This document shows, piece by piece, positions 1 to 8,651 of a DNA stretch of 32,000 bases. A program made the translations under genes and the position numbers. This DNA comes from Pirellula staleyi DSM 6068 (lineage in GTDB: Bacteria; Planctomycetota; Planctomycetia; Pirellulales; Pirellulaceae), in assembly GCA_000025185.1 (NCBI GenBank), contig CP001848.1, positions 5,430,001 to 5,462,000 on the forward strand, given 5' to 3'. The first letter of the stretch is position 1; each line of letters begins with the position of its first letter. Under the pieces are notes generated by a model. It was not told where the DNA came from. It made no database searches and saw nothing but the letters and a program-made list of their open reading frames with translations.

Positions 1-1
1 C

Positions 2-814
2 GATGCGGGGGGCGAATTCACTCTCGGCTTACGTTTTGCCGATCGCTGGCGCGTCGAAGGAACTTATCTCGGCAGCTACCAGTGGCAAGACACCGCCGTC
101 GCCACTGACACCACCAACCCGAATGATATCGGCGGCATTGGTAACCTCAGTACGCTGCTGTCAAACTTCAACGATCCTGCCGTTGCGGGGCTCGATTACA
201 ACAGCCAAGTGACGGTCGATACGCGAGCCAGTCTCGAGTCGGCCGAAATCAACTTTCGTTATCGTGTCGACATGCCTGCGGGACCTTTCGATGTCCATCT
301 GCTGTTCGGTGGCAAATACCTGTCGACCGGCGAGAATCTCGATTTCACTTCGATCGCCGATAGCCCCGGCCCCGACGGCGCAATCAATAACGTGGTGGTC
401 GATACGCGCAATGAGTTGTGGGGGATGCAGCTTGGCTTTGCCACAAACTGGATGGTGTCGCCACGGTTCTTTCTCGAGACCGATTTGCGTGGCGCTCTCT
501 GCATGAACGACGCCTCGCAAACCACGGTGTATACCAACACCGACGAGAACAGTGCCGTGACAGTGTTCAACACTGGCGCTGTCCAGGACCGCACCAGTTT
601 TACCGGCGATCTGGCGATCATCGGCAACTGGCAAGTGACTCCCTATCTCGTGTTCCGCGCTGGCTATCAAGCGTCGCTCGTCACGGGACTTGCCCTCGCC
701 TCCGAAAACTTGCAAACCAACAACACGCTGCTGCGAAATGGTCCAGGTGTGCTCGTCGACACGGGCGAACTGGTCTATCACGGTCCCGTCGTCGGTTTCA
801 CCATCATGCGATAA
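2..814 (+). CDS. Putative outer-membrane beta-barrel protein, C-terminal part (gene starts upstream of the window); BBP7-like by recollection
   Basis: Frame 2 is open from the window edge (DAGGEFTLGLRFADRWRVEGTYLGSYQW...) and continues through the listed 209..814 ORF to TAA at 812-814. The listed GTG at 209 is therefore internal. The sequence shows an alternating polar/hydrophobic strand pattern, is rich in Gly/Asn/Thr/aromatics and has no hydrophobic helices. The family name is from memory only. Confidence 0.55.
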   Translation, partial: DAGGEFTLGLRFADRWRVEGTYLGSYQWQDTAVATDTTNPNDIGGIGNLSTLLSNFNDPAVAGLDYNSQVTVDTRASLESAEINFRYRVDMPAGPFDVHLLFGGKYLSTGENLDFTSIADSPGPDGAINNVVVDTRNELWGMQLGFATNWMVSPRFFLETDLRGALCMNDASQTTVYTNTDENSAVTVFNTGAVQDRTSFTGDLAIIGNWQVTPYLVFRAGYQASLVTGLALASENLQTNNTLLRNGPGVLVDTGELVYHGPVVGFTIMR

Positions 815-829
815 GGCAGTGAAATCAAA

Positions 830-1372
830 ATGCGGTTCGATTTCGATGCTTTAGTTGAAGTGCTTCGCCTTGCCGTGCTCAGCGCGATTTCTGACCGTGA
901 CGTTACGATTCGTGAACTGAGCCGCATCGAACCCCTCTGGGCGGTTTCGTTGGATATTCTTCCCTGGCAACCCTATGTCGGCATCGCTTTCAGACTGGAG
1001 AGCGAGTCGGACTATGGTGCCTCATCGAATTCTGCCGACTGGAAGCACTCGCATTTCATCGAAAATATTTCCAGTGCGCCGCTTTCCGTTGCTGCTGACT
1101 ATGTGCATCGCCTACACCAAGAGTTCAACGAAGATGTCTCTTTAGAAGTCTCGCACCTGATCCTCCTGGCTGGTGCTCATGCTCTACTAGACAGTCGTGT
1201 CGCACTGCTTTTGCGGTCCATTGGAATCGATGCACCTGAAATCAATGAGCGACTGAGTGGCACATACTTCAAGTACTTCGTAATCGATTCCGATGGGACA
1301 ATCAAAGCAAATTACTGCGACATCGTCCGGGCAAATCGGGCCACTCGATTCATGCTCGGTCGCATTGCGTAA
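830..1372 (+). CDS. Hypothetical cytoplasmic-looking protein (180 aa)
   Basis: ATG at 830 lies 15 nt after the barrel-gene stop, which suggests co-transcription. There is no signal peptide or TM segment. I recognise no firm motif; there is only a vague resemblance to DUF4303-type proteins (SADWKHSHF block). It uses several TTA/CTA Leu codons in a short gene. Confidence 0.5.
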   Translation: MRFDFDALVEVLRLAVLSAISDRDVTIRELSRIEPLWAVSLDILPWQPYVGIAFRLESESDYGASSNSADWKHSHFIENISSAPLSVAADYVHRLHQEFNEDVSLEVSHLILLAGAHALLDSRVALLLRSIGIDAPEINERLSGTYFKYFVIDSDGTIKANYCDIVRANRATRFMLGRIA

Positions 1373-1620
1373 CCCGTATTGACCAGCTCTTGTTTCGTCC
1401 AAAAGTGGCAAAGATACGCACGTATAGCCTAACTAGCGGTTCAACCCGACGTATGCCGCGATAAGAGTTTGGTATATCACGTCACGTCTGGGTACACGCG
1501 GGTTAACCTGGGCGATAGAGCGAGTGCAGTCGGCAAACAGCTCCACTGCTGGGCAAGACAGCAGTGCCACCCGAAAAACGTGTCATTGTTTGAATTACAG
1601 ACGACTAGAACACGCTCAAG

Positions 1621-1659
1621 AAAATAAAAAAGACATCGCCAGGGAGAGTGGCGATGTCT
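1621..1659 (-). terminator. Rho-independent terminator downstream of the lipoprotein gene
   Basis: A perfect 10-bp stem joins agacatcgcc (1631-1640) to ggcgatgtct (1650-1659), with a 9-nt loop. On the minus strand it is followed by TTTTTATTTT (complement of 1621-1630). It lies about 90 nt downstream of the stop at 1751. Confidence 0.75.
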
Positions 1660-1750
1660 TACGGAGAGGTTGATTTTTACGCTGCGAACGAATCGTTCGT
1701 TTTGAAGGCAACTGCCTAAGTGAGCAGTGCCGCGAGCTTGGCAGTCCAAA

Positions 1751-2218
1751 TTAAGGATTGACCATCACGCCAGGCTGTCCGGTTGCTGTCGGAGCAACGA
1801 CCGGCACGTCAATGTCGAACTTCCCATTGGCGCTCGTCAGATCCACCGCTTTCTCGAAGCGTGGAAACATCCGGACGTTAGAGACTTCGTCTCCCCCTTC
1901 GCCAGCCCCTGCTGCAGAGGCTGGAGCAAAACCTTCGACAGCCACGATCATCGGTCCCGAAGGGGCTCCCATGCCACCATCCGACGAGGTGTCGTACTTG
2001 CCATCCTTGATGTTGGCATAGCCTGTTTGTCCCGAGTTTCCTTGGGTGCTGTCGGGCTGAAAATAGATCTTGCCCGAAGGAATCGGCTGGCCTTGGAAGG
2101 TGACCGATCCGGAGTATTGCGTGCCCGACGAGTTGCCGCAACCAGCGATTGCGAAGGTCGTGCACACTAGCAATCCGAGAGCCAGATTTCGAACAGAGGC
2201 GAGATGAGTGCGGAGCAT
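1751..2218 (-). CDS. Small lipoprotein, probable beta-sandwich (CarboxypepD_reg-like) partner of the DUF1559 gene
   Basis: It has a signal peptide with a lipobox (LLVCTTFAIAG|C). AAGGA sits 7 nt upstream of the ATG. The mature part is Gly/Ser-rich with the block GSVTFQGQPIPSGKIYFQP...IKDGKY, typical of carboxypeptidase-regulatory-like folds. Confidence 0.75.
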   Translation of the reverse strand: MLRTHLASVRNLALGLLVCTTFAIAGCGNSSGTQYSGSVTFQGQPIPSGKIYFQPDSTQGNSGQTGYANIKDGKYDTSSDGGMGAPSGPMIVAVEGFAPASAAGAGEGGDEVSNVRMFPRFEKAVDLTSANGKFDIDVPVVAPTATGQPGVMVNP

Positions 2219-2261
2219 AAAAAATCCTTAGTAGCAACGAAGGCTGGCGCTAATGAGCAAT

Positions 2262-2299
2262 AAAAAAGTCTCAAATCGCCGCAAGGGCGAGATGAGACT
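2262..2299 (-). terminator. Rho-independent terminator/attenuator between the DUF1559 gene and the lipoprotein gene
   Basis: Minus-strand RNA reads agtctca-tct-cgcc-cttgc-ggcg-att-tgagact followed by TTTTTT (complement of 2262-2267). The stem is 7 bp + 4 bp with a small internal loop. Confidence 0.55.
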
Positions 2300-2389
2300 C
2301 GAGGAGAGGTTGATTCAGGGATGACGGGGGAAACTCACAGTTGAAGTACCCCCGTCCGAGTCGCTCGCCCTAGTTTTGGCGGCTGATCA

Positions 2390-3373
2390 TTATGGAATGA
2401 CCGCTTGTTCAGCACCGTCCATGCTGGCGATCACTTTGTAGAGGTTGATGTCGATCGTTTGCGAAACGAAACGGACCGAAGCATCACCGAGACCAAAGTT
2501 ACAGCCGTTGGTGTGATGGCTGCCGAAGCTGATGTGATTGAAGTTGTCAGCACCGTTGTAGAAGGTCGAGTTGATGGGGTAGGTGACGTTTTTGCAAGCG
2601 CCCGATCCACCGTTGTTGCCGCGAATCCAGGTGCGGTAGTCATTTGCTTGTCCCAAGGGCATGCGACGCGAACGTTCGGCAATCATCAGCGTGTTCGACG
2701 AACCATCAATGATGCTGGCGAACGTGACGATGCGATTCGTGCTCACCGAACCAGTGGTGACGCGGAAGTGGCTGAAAATGCCGTGTGCCGACCAAGCGCC
2801 GTTGTTCGATGCATCACCCACGGTGTAGTTATAAGTGACACCGTTGTAGGTCACTGGCGTTGGGTTCGTCGTTCCAGCAGGGCCCATCACGCCGTAGTAG
2901 TGGGTCGTTGGATTGTTTGTCAGGTTGGTGTTGGGATCAAGATACTGTTTGGCGGGAGGTCCCGATGGGCAGTAGAGCGTAGGAACGATAACCGCCCCCA
3001 CCGCTGCATTGACAGGGTCGTTGTACGGAAGGGCAAAGTTGTACTTCGAGTACAAAGATTGCTGTTCGAAGAACGGCAGCGAGTAGACAATCCAGCTGGT
3101 TCCTCGAATCACGGTGGTCGGAGCGGCTGGGTCGACTGGGCTCTTGTAGACGTCGTTTTCAGCTCCGGGTGGGAACTTGTTGTTGACGTCGTGGAAGTTG
3201 TGAACAGCCAGGGTGAGTTGCTTGAGCTGATTTTGGCAGCTCATACGGCGGGCAGCTTCGCGAGCAGCCTGCACAGCAGGAAGAAGAAGTGCCACCAGAA
3301 CCCCGATGATGGCAATCACAACCAGGAGCTCGACGAGCGTGAAAGCCCGCCTCCGCAAAGGAGATTGGTACAT
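2390..3373 (-). CDS. DUF1559 domain protein with prepilin-type N-terminal cleavage/methylation leader
   Basis: The N-terminus [53 protein letters not shown] is the canonical planctomycete type IV pilin-like leader plus DUF1559 start. The C-terminal block [18 protein letters not shown] is an H-X9-D[GA]-type motif. Confidence 0.93.
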   Translation of the reverse strand: MYQSPLRRRAFTLVELLVVIAIIGVLVALLLPAVQAAREAARRMSCQNQLKQLTLAVHNFHDVNNKFPPGAENDVYKSPVDPAAPTTVIRGTSWIVYSLPFFEQQSLYSKYNFALPYNDPVNAAVGAVIVPTLYCPSGPPAKQYLDPNTNLTNNPTTHYYGVMGPAGTTNPTPVTYNGVTYNYTVGDASNNGAWSAHGIFSHFRVTTGSVSTNRIVTFASIIDGSSNTLMIAERSRRMPLGQANDYRTWIRGNNGGSGACKNVTYPINSTFYNGADNFNHISFGSHHTNGCNFGLGDASVRFVSQTIDINLYKVIASMDGAEQAVIP

Positions 3374-4074
3374 AGAGCGACTCGCTATAAGAGAATAAAA
3401 TGAGACGAGAAACGAAACTTAAAACCTTTGACAAAAACAAGCAAGAGTTCTTGCGACACCGCTATCTACTGCTAAAGGATGCTTAAGCGGCATTAGCCCC
3501 CGTTAAACGCCCTTGAAATGAAGTAGTAAGAGCGTGAACAAACGATTCTTGGGGCGGAAGAATAGCTCTGAGCAACGAAAACACCCTCCGATGGAGGGGA
3601 CAGGGCGTTTACGGGCGATTCGGCTCCCTCGAAGGGATCGCGAGCGGGCTTGCTCGGGCACTGATAGGTCAAGAAATCGCTTGTAAAGCCCTTGTTACAT
3701 TCGTGTTTACCCAGTGACACACGAACGATATCAGACCACCAATCGATGTGCGGCCTTGCGCCGCGAAGGAGCGAATCTCCGCACATATGCTTGGGTGGGA
3801 CTTACAGGCTGGCCGCCAAGCTCCGCTAAAGATGCATGCAGATAAGGCTGCATTTCGTGGCATCTGTTGAGGATTTAAGTGCTTTGGCACTGAAATCGGA
3901 GATGAGCGGTCGATCGACTAACGAAGAAAACGATGCCGCTAGAGACTTTTTTAGATTTTTCAGCGACTGGCCCTCCACTGGCACACGGAAGCACCACGCG
4001 AGGGGAGAGGCATGAGTCCACGGACCATCGCCAGGTTTTGGCGAGACGCATGGCAGTAGATGCCAGCAAGCGAG

Positions 4075-5163
4075 TTACCGCGACGAACTTGAGTGCGTTT
4101 TGGTGTGGGTCGGCGTATGCACCGGCCCGTGGGCATCGGTGCGACGCGAGCGGATGAGCAGTGGGGCATGAACGGGCATCACGCTCGTCACGAAATCGAC
4201 GAGTCGCCATTCCATCCAGCGGCGATCCCCTTCACGCGGATTGCTCGAAATGAATCCGAGATGACCTCCGCTGCGGGTGACCATCAACTCGGTGGTAGGG
4301 GAGAGGACCGCAGCCTCGAAACTCGAGATCGGAACGATCGGGTCGTCGTCGGCGGTGATGATCAGGGTCGAGTGGCGAATCTTGCTGAGCTGCGGCTTGC
4401 TGCTCGCCTGCGAGTAGTAATCGTGCGCGTCTTTGAAGCCACCCAGCCGCGCGGTGAAGCGATCGTCGAAATCCCACAAGCGTTTCGGCTGGGGCGAGAG
4501 ATCGACATCCACCACGCCAGGAATTTCGCGGCGGCGGCGCTCGACGAGCCGCATCAAGTTGCGGACGAACATCTGGTCGTAGGCCCGCTGCATCCCTTTT
4601 TGAATATGCTCGGCGCAGTGCACTAAATCCACTGGCGGCGCAACCGCCATGCCACCGATCACGCAGTCGGGAACATTGCTGGCATGCGCGCCCAGGTACT
4701 TGAGGACCATGTTGGCCCCCATCGAGAACCCGGCGATCACCAGCGGCGAACCGGGGCAAAGGTCGGCAACGAACTGAACGGCGGCATGGACATCGTCGCT
4801 GCGGGCGGCATGCCCCAGGTGACGAGCGTAGGCAAAACCGGCTCCGCTGCCACGCAAGTCGACACGAATGACGCGAATGCCACGTGCGTTGAGCTTATCG
4901 GCACCACGGCGCATGTAGCCCGATTGGTGTGAGCCACCGAGGCCATGAAACAGCACGGCGACGCGATCGCCAGCCTGCCATTGCTCGGGGCAATCGTCGT
5001 GAATGGCGAGGGAATCACCATCGGCCAGCGGCACCAGACGGAGTTTGGCGACGTAGGTCGACTTCGGTCCGGGCAAATAGCACCCGAGAACGGTCTGCAA
5101 ATGACCACCCCGCACCAGCGGATGCGCTCGAAACGGTGGTACACGCGACCAATTCACCAGCAA
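4075..5163 (-). CDS. Alpha/beta hydrolase, YheT/ABHD1-3-like (COG0429 type)
   Basis: It carries GGHLQTV near the N-terminus, HGLGGS (oxyanion region), the nucleophile elbow GFSMGAN and a late GGHLGF block. The listed start at 5163 is TTG. GTG at 5157 has better spacing to the AAGGA upstream, so the start is uncertain by 2 codons. Confidence 0.8.
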   Translation of the reverse strand: MLVNWSRVPPFRAHPLVRGGHLQTVLGCYLPGPKSTYVAKLRLVPLADGDSLAIHDDCPEQWQAGDRVAVLFHGLGGSHQSGYMRRGADKLNARGIRVIRVDLRGSGAGFAYARHLGHAARSDDVHAAVQFVADLCPGSPLVIAGFSMGANMVLKYLGAHASNVPDCVIGGMAVAPPVDLVHCAEHIQKGMQRAYDQMFVRNLMRLVERRRREIPGVVDVDLSPQPKRLWDFDDRFTARLGGFKDAHDYYSQASSKPQLSKIRHSTLIITADDDPIVPISSFEAAVLSPTTELMVTRSGGHLGFISSNPREGDRRWMEWRLVDFVTSVMPVHAPLLIRSRRTDAHGPVHTPTHTKTHSSSSR

Positions 5164-5449
5164 GCTTCCTTTCCGACTTCGTAGCCGAATGACTGACCAT
5201 CAATGACGATGTTGCTAATTTCAATCGCCGCTAATCCGTGACAACTCCCGAAAGGTCGTCTCGGCGAAAGTATACCGACGGGTACATCCCACTGGGCATA
5301 TCAGTTCACCTGCGCCACTCGAAAAATAGTTCGTGCGCCGTCGCAGTTACTACTCTACACGAGCTGGCTTTGGTTTCATGATTGCTAGCGGTCAAGTTGC
5401 TGGCAGGGCAAGGCTCGGGAGAGTGAGTTGCTCGAGCACTGCCGCAACG

Positions 5450-7285
5450 CTATTTCCTTTCGATACCGTATTCCTCGATTTTGCGATACAGCGTTGCACG
5501 GCCAAGTCCCAAAAGTTTTGCCGCTTCGGGAACATTTCCGCTGGTACGCTTCAAAGCCTCTTGAATCAGACGACGTTCCCAGTAGTCCATCCGAAGCGAT
5601 TCGAGTTCCGCCGCGTTTCCAACATCGCGTAGTCCCAGATCATCGGGCAGGATGATCGAACCTTCGCACATCACCACGGCGGAGTCGATCACGTTCCGCA
5701 GTTGTCGCACATTACCGGGCCACTGGTAGCCCTCGAGCTTTTCGCGAGCATCGACCGATAAAGTGAGGCTCGGACGACCATGCTGACGCCGAAAGTGGTC
5801 GACAAAAAAGTCGATCAGCTTCCGAATATCGCTGCCACGCTCGCGGAGCGGAGGAATATAGAGCTCGAAGACGCTGAGGCGGTAGTACAAGTCTTCGCGA
5901 AAACGACCTTCACGCACAAATTCAGCCAGATCGCGGTTCGTGGCCGCAATCACGCGCACATCGACGCTGACTTCTTTCGTGCCGCCGACCGGCAAAAACG
6001 GGTGTCCTTCGAGAATCCGCAGCAGCTTGGCTTGTCCCTCGAGGGTCATTTCCCCCACTTCGTCGAGGAACAGCGTGCCGGTATGGGCCTGCTGAAACCA
6101 GCCGACGTGGTCGCTATCGGCACCGGTGAAGGCCCCTTTTTTGTGACCAAACAGCTGACTTTCCATCAGATCGCGGGGGAGGGCGGCGCAGTTGACGCTC
6201 AGCATCGGGCGGTCGCTACGATTGCTGCTGCGATGCACCGCGCGGGCCACTAGTTCCTTACCCACACCACTTTCGCCGCGCACCAGCACGCTGCCAGTGG
6301 CCCGCGCGACACGGGCAATGCGGCTCCGCAGATCATCCATCGGCTTGCTGTCGCCGATGAGTTCATCGGAGACAGCCGACTTGTCGATCAGCCGGCGATG
6401 ATCGGCCTTGAGCGTCGCATCGCGGCGTGCTCGGACCAGGGCCACCGTCAAAATATTGGCCAGCGGAATGGCGACTTCGAAATCGCTCTGGCGGAAGCGT
6501 CCATGCTCGAGGTAGAGGTGAATCGCCCCCAAAGTTGTCGCTTCGTGGATCAGCGGAACGCAAATCGCATCGGCATAATGCTGCAGCGTTTGCATCCCTT
6601 CGCTATGGAGTTGACTGTCGATCCAAACCGCTTTTCCTTGACGAATCACCATTTCGGTAAGCGAATTCGACAGTTTCACCTTGCCGGCGGCATCTTCGGG
6701 CATCACCACTTTGGGCTTGAGCTGACCATCGTCGCTGACCCACAAGAAGCCGACGACCGCCGCGCGCGTTCGCTGCTGCAGCAGATCGAGCGATTCCCGC
6801 ACCACTTGATCGGGGTCGGTACAGCCGAGCAACTTGATGCTGAGCTGATGGAGGGTCAGAAAATCGTGAGCTCGCTCGACATCGCGGAGCACCGTCACGC
6901 CGATGCTTCCGGTATCGTGCCCCTGCACGACGCGGTCGCGCACGATCGTTTGGGTATGCTCTTGCTGTTCGCTTTCGCTCGGTCGGCTGGCCGATTGCAG
7001 GAAGATGAACTCGGTGGAACCGATTTTCAGGCTGCAATTTTCAGCCAGTCGCGCTTCGTCGACCTTTTGACCGTTGAGATAGGTTCCGTTGCGGCTTCCG
7101 GCATCGCGAACCCACCAGAGTCCCTCTTCGCAGACGACCACCGAGTGGACGCGCGACGAGAGTGGATCGGTCAGCACCACGTCGCACTCGAGTCCCCGAC
7201 CAATGCGCGTGGTGCGCTCGGCGTCGAGCACGAACTGGGTTCCTGCTCGCTCGGTGTTGGTCATTTGGAGATACGAAAAAACCAT
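5450..7285 (-). CDS. Sigma-54-dependent transcriptional activator with N-terminal FHA and GAF domains (FHA-GAF-AAA+-Fis HTH)
   Basis: FHA block: RIGRGLECDVVLTDPLSSRVHSVV...NGTYLNG. A GAF-like middle region follows. AAA+ motifs are GESGVGKE (Walker A), GAFTGA (sigma-54 contact loop) and TLFLDEVGE (Walker B). The C-terminal Fis-type HTH reads NVPEAAKLLGLGRATLYRKI. An alternative start is M8 (7264). Confidence 0.92.
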   Translation of the reverse strand: MVFSYLQMTNTERAGTQFVLDAERTTRIGRGLECDVVLTDPLSSRVHSVVVCEEGLWWVRDAGSRNGTYLNGQKVDEARLAENCSLKIGSTEFIFLQSASRPSESEQQEHTQTIVRDRVVQGHDTGSIGVTVLRDVERAHDFLTLHQLSIKLLGCTDPDQVVRESLDLLQQRTRAAVVGFLWVSDDGQLKPKVVMPEDAAGKVKLSNSLTEMVIRQGKAVWIDSQLHSEGMQTLQHYADAICVPLIHEATTLGAIHLYLEHGRFRQSDFEVAIPLANILTVALVRARRDATLKADHRRLIDKSAVSDELIGDSKPMDDLRSRIARVARATGSVLVRGESGVGKELVARAVHRSSNRSDRPMLSVNCAALPRDLMESQLFGHKKGAFTGADSDHVGWFQQAHTGTLFLDEVGEMTLEGQAKLLRILEGHPFLPVGGTKEVSVDVRVIAATNRDLAEFVREGRFREDLYYRLSVFELYIPPLRERGSDIRKLIDFFVDHFRRQHGRPSLTLSVDAREKLEGYQWPGNVRQLRNVIDSAVVMCEGSIILPDDLGLRDVGNAAELESLRMDYWERRLIQEALKRTSGNVPEAAKLLGLGRATLYRKIEEYGIERK

Positions 7286-7433
7286 GGGCTTTTTTTAACT
7301 CACGATTCCCCAGCGGGACCATCGCGAGTGAGGTGACTCGAGTCGTCTGCGGGCTCCCTCCGCAACAACCACTCGACTAATCGCAATATAATCAGGCTAT
7401 GGAGCGACTTACTACCCCAAGGAAACTAGATTG

Positions 7434-8276
7434 ATGGCGCGCGAAATCGTCGAGCCGAGCCTCACCACGCAGGAAAGCCTGTTGCCGACGGCACTCCTGC
7501 TGGCCGGACATGGGACGCGCAGTCGCGCGGGAACCGAGTCGTTTTGGCGTCTTGTGGAACTCGCGCAGCAAGCCGCCACCGCGCGCAAGCTCGCCATCGA
7601 AGTCGCCGGTGGGCTGCTCGAACTCCAGCAGCCCACCATTCTCGATGCCCTTCAAAATCTCTACGCCACCGGCCACCGAAAAGTTGCCGTCGCACCGCTT
7701 CTTTTGTTTACCGCCGGTCATGCCAAACGCGACATTCCCGAGATCATCGCCTCGTTCCTGCAGTCGCATACTGATTGCCAAATTACGCAAGGAACTAGCT
7801 GGAACTCCTCTCCCGAGGTCGTCGCCCTGGCGCGGTACAAACTGCAGCAGACCGCCGAGCTAGCAGCGACCGTCGATCCTGCAGAAACGCTCCACTTGTT
7901 TGCCGGTCGTGGCAGCCTCGATGCCGACGCCACGGCGGAAATGCACCGTTTTGCTTCGCTGACGACATCCCCCAGCATTGCGGCCGAGCATCGGGTCGGC
8001 TTTGTAGCGATGGCCGAACCCAAAATCGGTCCGTTGCTGGAGCAAGCCGCCCGCGAGCCCTGGCGGCGCGTGATCGTGCATCCTCACCTCCTGTTTCAAG
8101 GGGAAATTCAAAGCGGCATCGTCCGGCAGGTGATCGCTTGCAAACTGGCCCGCCCCGATCAGCAGTGGCTGGTGGTGCCGCACTTGGGGAGCAATCTCGA
8201 CCCGACATCAGTTCCGGGCCAATTGCTGGCCGCTGCCACCCTCGCCGGGGCAGGACTCTTTGCCTCCCAGCCATAA
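7434..8276 (+). CDS. cbiX: Sirohydrochlorin chelatase, CbiX/SirB family (two-domain long form)
   Basis: The chelatase half-domain signature is duplicated: LLLAGHGTRS...APLLLFTAGHAKRDIPE and LFAGRGSLDADA...VHPHLLFQGEI. The listed ORF starts at TTG 7431; the adjacent ATG at 7434 is preferred. Confidence 0.7.
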   Translation: MAREIVEPSLTTQESLLPTALLLAGHGTRSRAGTESFWRLVELAQQAATARKLAIEVAGGLLELQQPTILDALQNLYATGHRKVAVAPLLLFTAGHAKRDIPEIIASFLQSHTDCQITQGTSWNSSPEVVALARYKLQQTAELAATVDPAETLHLFAGRGSLDADATAEMHRFASLTTSPSIAAEHRVGFVAMAEPKIGPLLEQAAREPWRRVIVHPHLLFQGEIQSGIVRQVIACKLARPDQQWLVVPHLGSNLDPTSVPGQLLAAATLAGAGLFASQP

Positions 8277-8651
8277 AACGCCCAGGGGAGCAAACAGCGG
8301 GGAAACGGGAGTTAAGGAAATTCAGTCACCCTCAAAAGAGCTCGTGGCGATTCATGTTGTCGCAACTTGGCGGGATGGATAGAATGCACCAGTTGTGACC
8401 ACTTATTCAGGTGGCGACTGCGCAGTCTGAAGTTTCAGATGCTGCCCTGCCGCCCAGCATGACGGGCTCACGCATTTTCGAGATGACTGTAGAGAGAGGA
8501 CGCTTGCGAACTAGGTTCGGCGGCTCCCTCTCGGTTTAGGCTGTTTTCCAGAGCTTCGATCGGTCTGTGAGGGTGCACTGCAGAGGCCACGCTTCTGCGA
8601 TGGGTGCAACACAGAAATTCGAAGCGAGCTTTTGCGCATAAGGGACTGTGA

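Noticed and set aside
3-212. A 69-aa ORF at the window start, and 161..781 / 259..627 on the minus strand.
   Set aside because: They overlap the frame-2 reading frame that is open from the window edge and continuous with the beta-barrel-like protein. The alternatives have no coding features.
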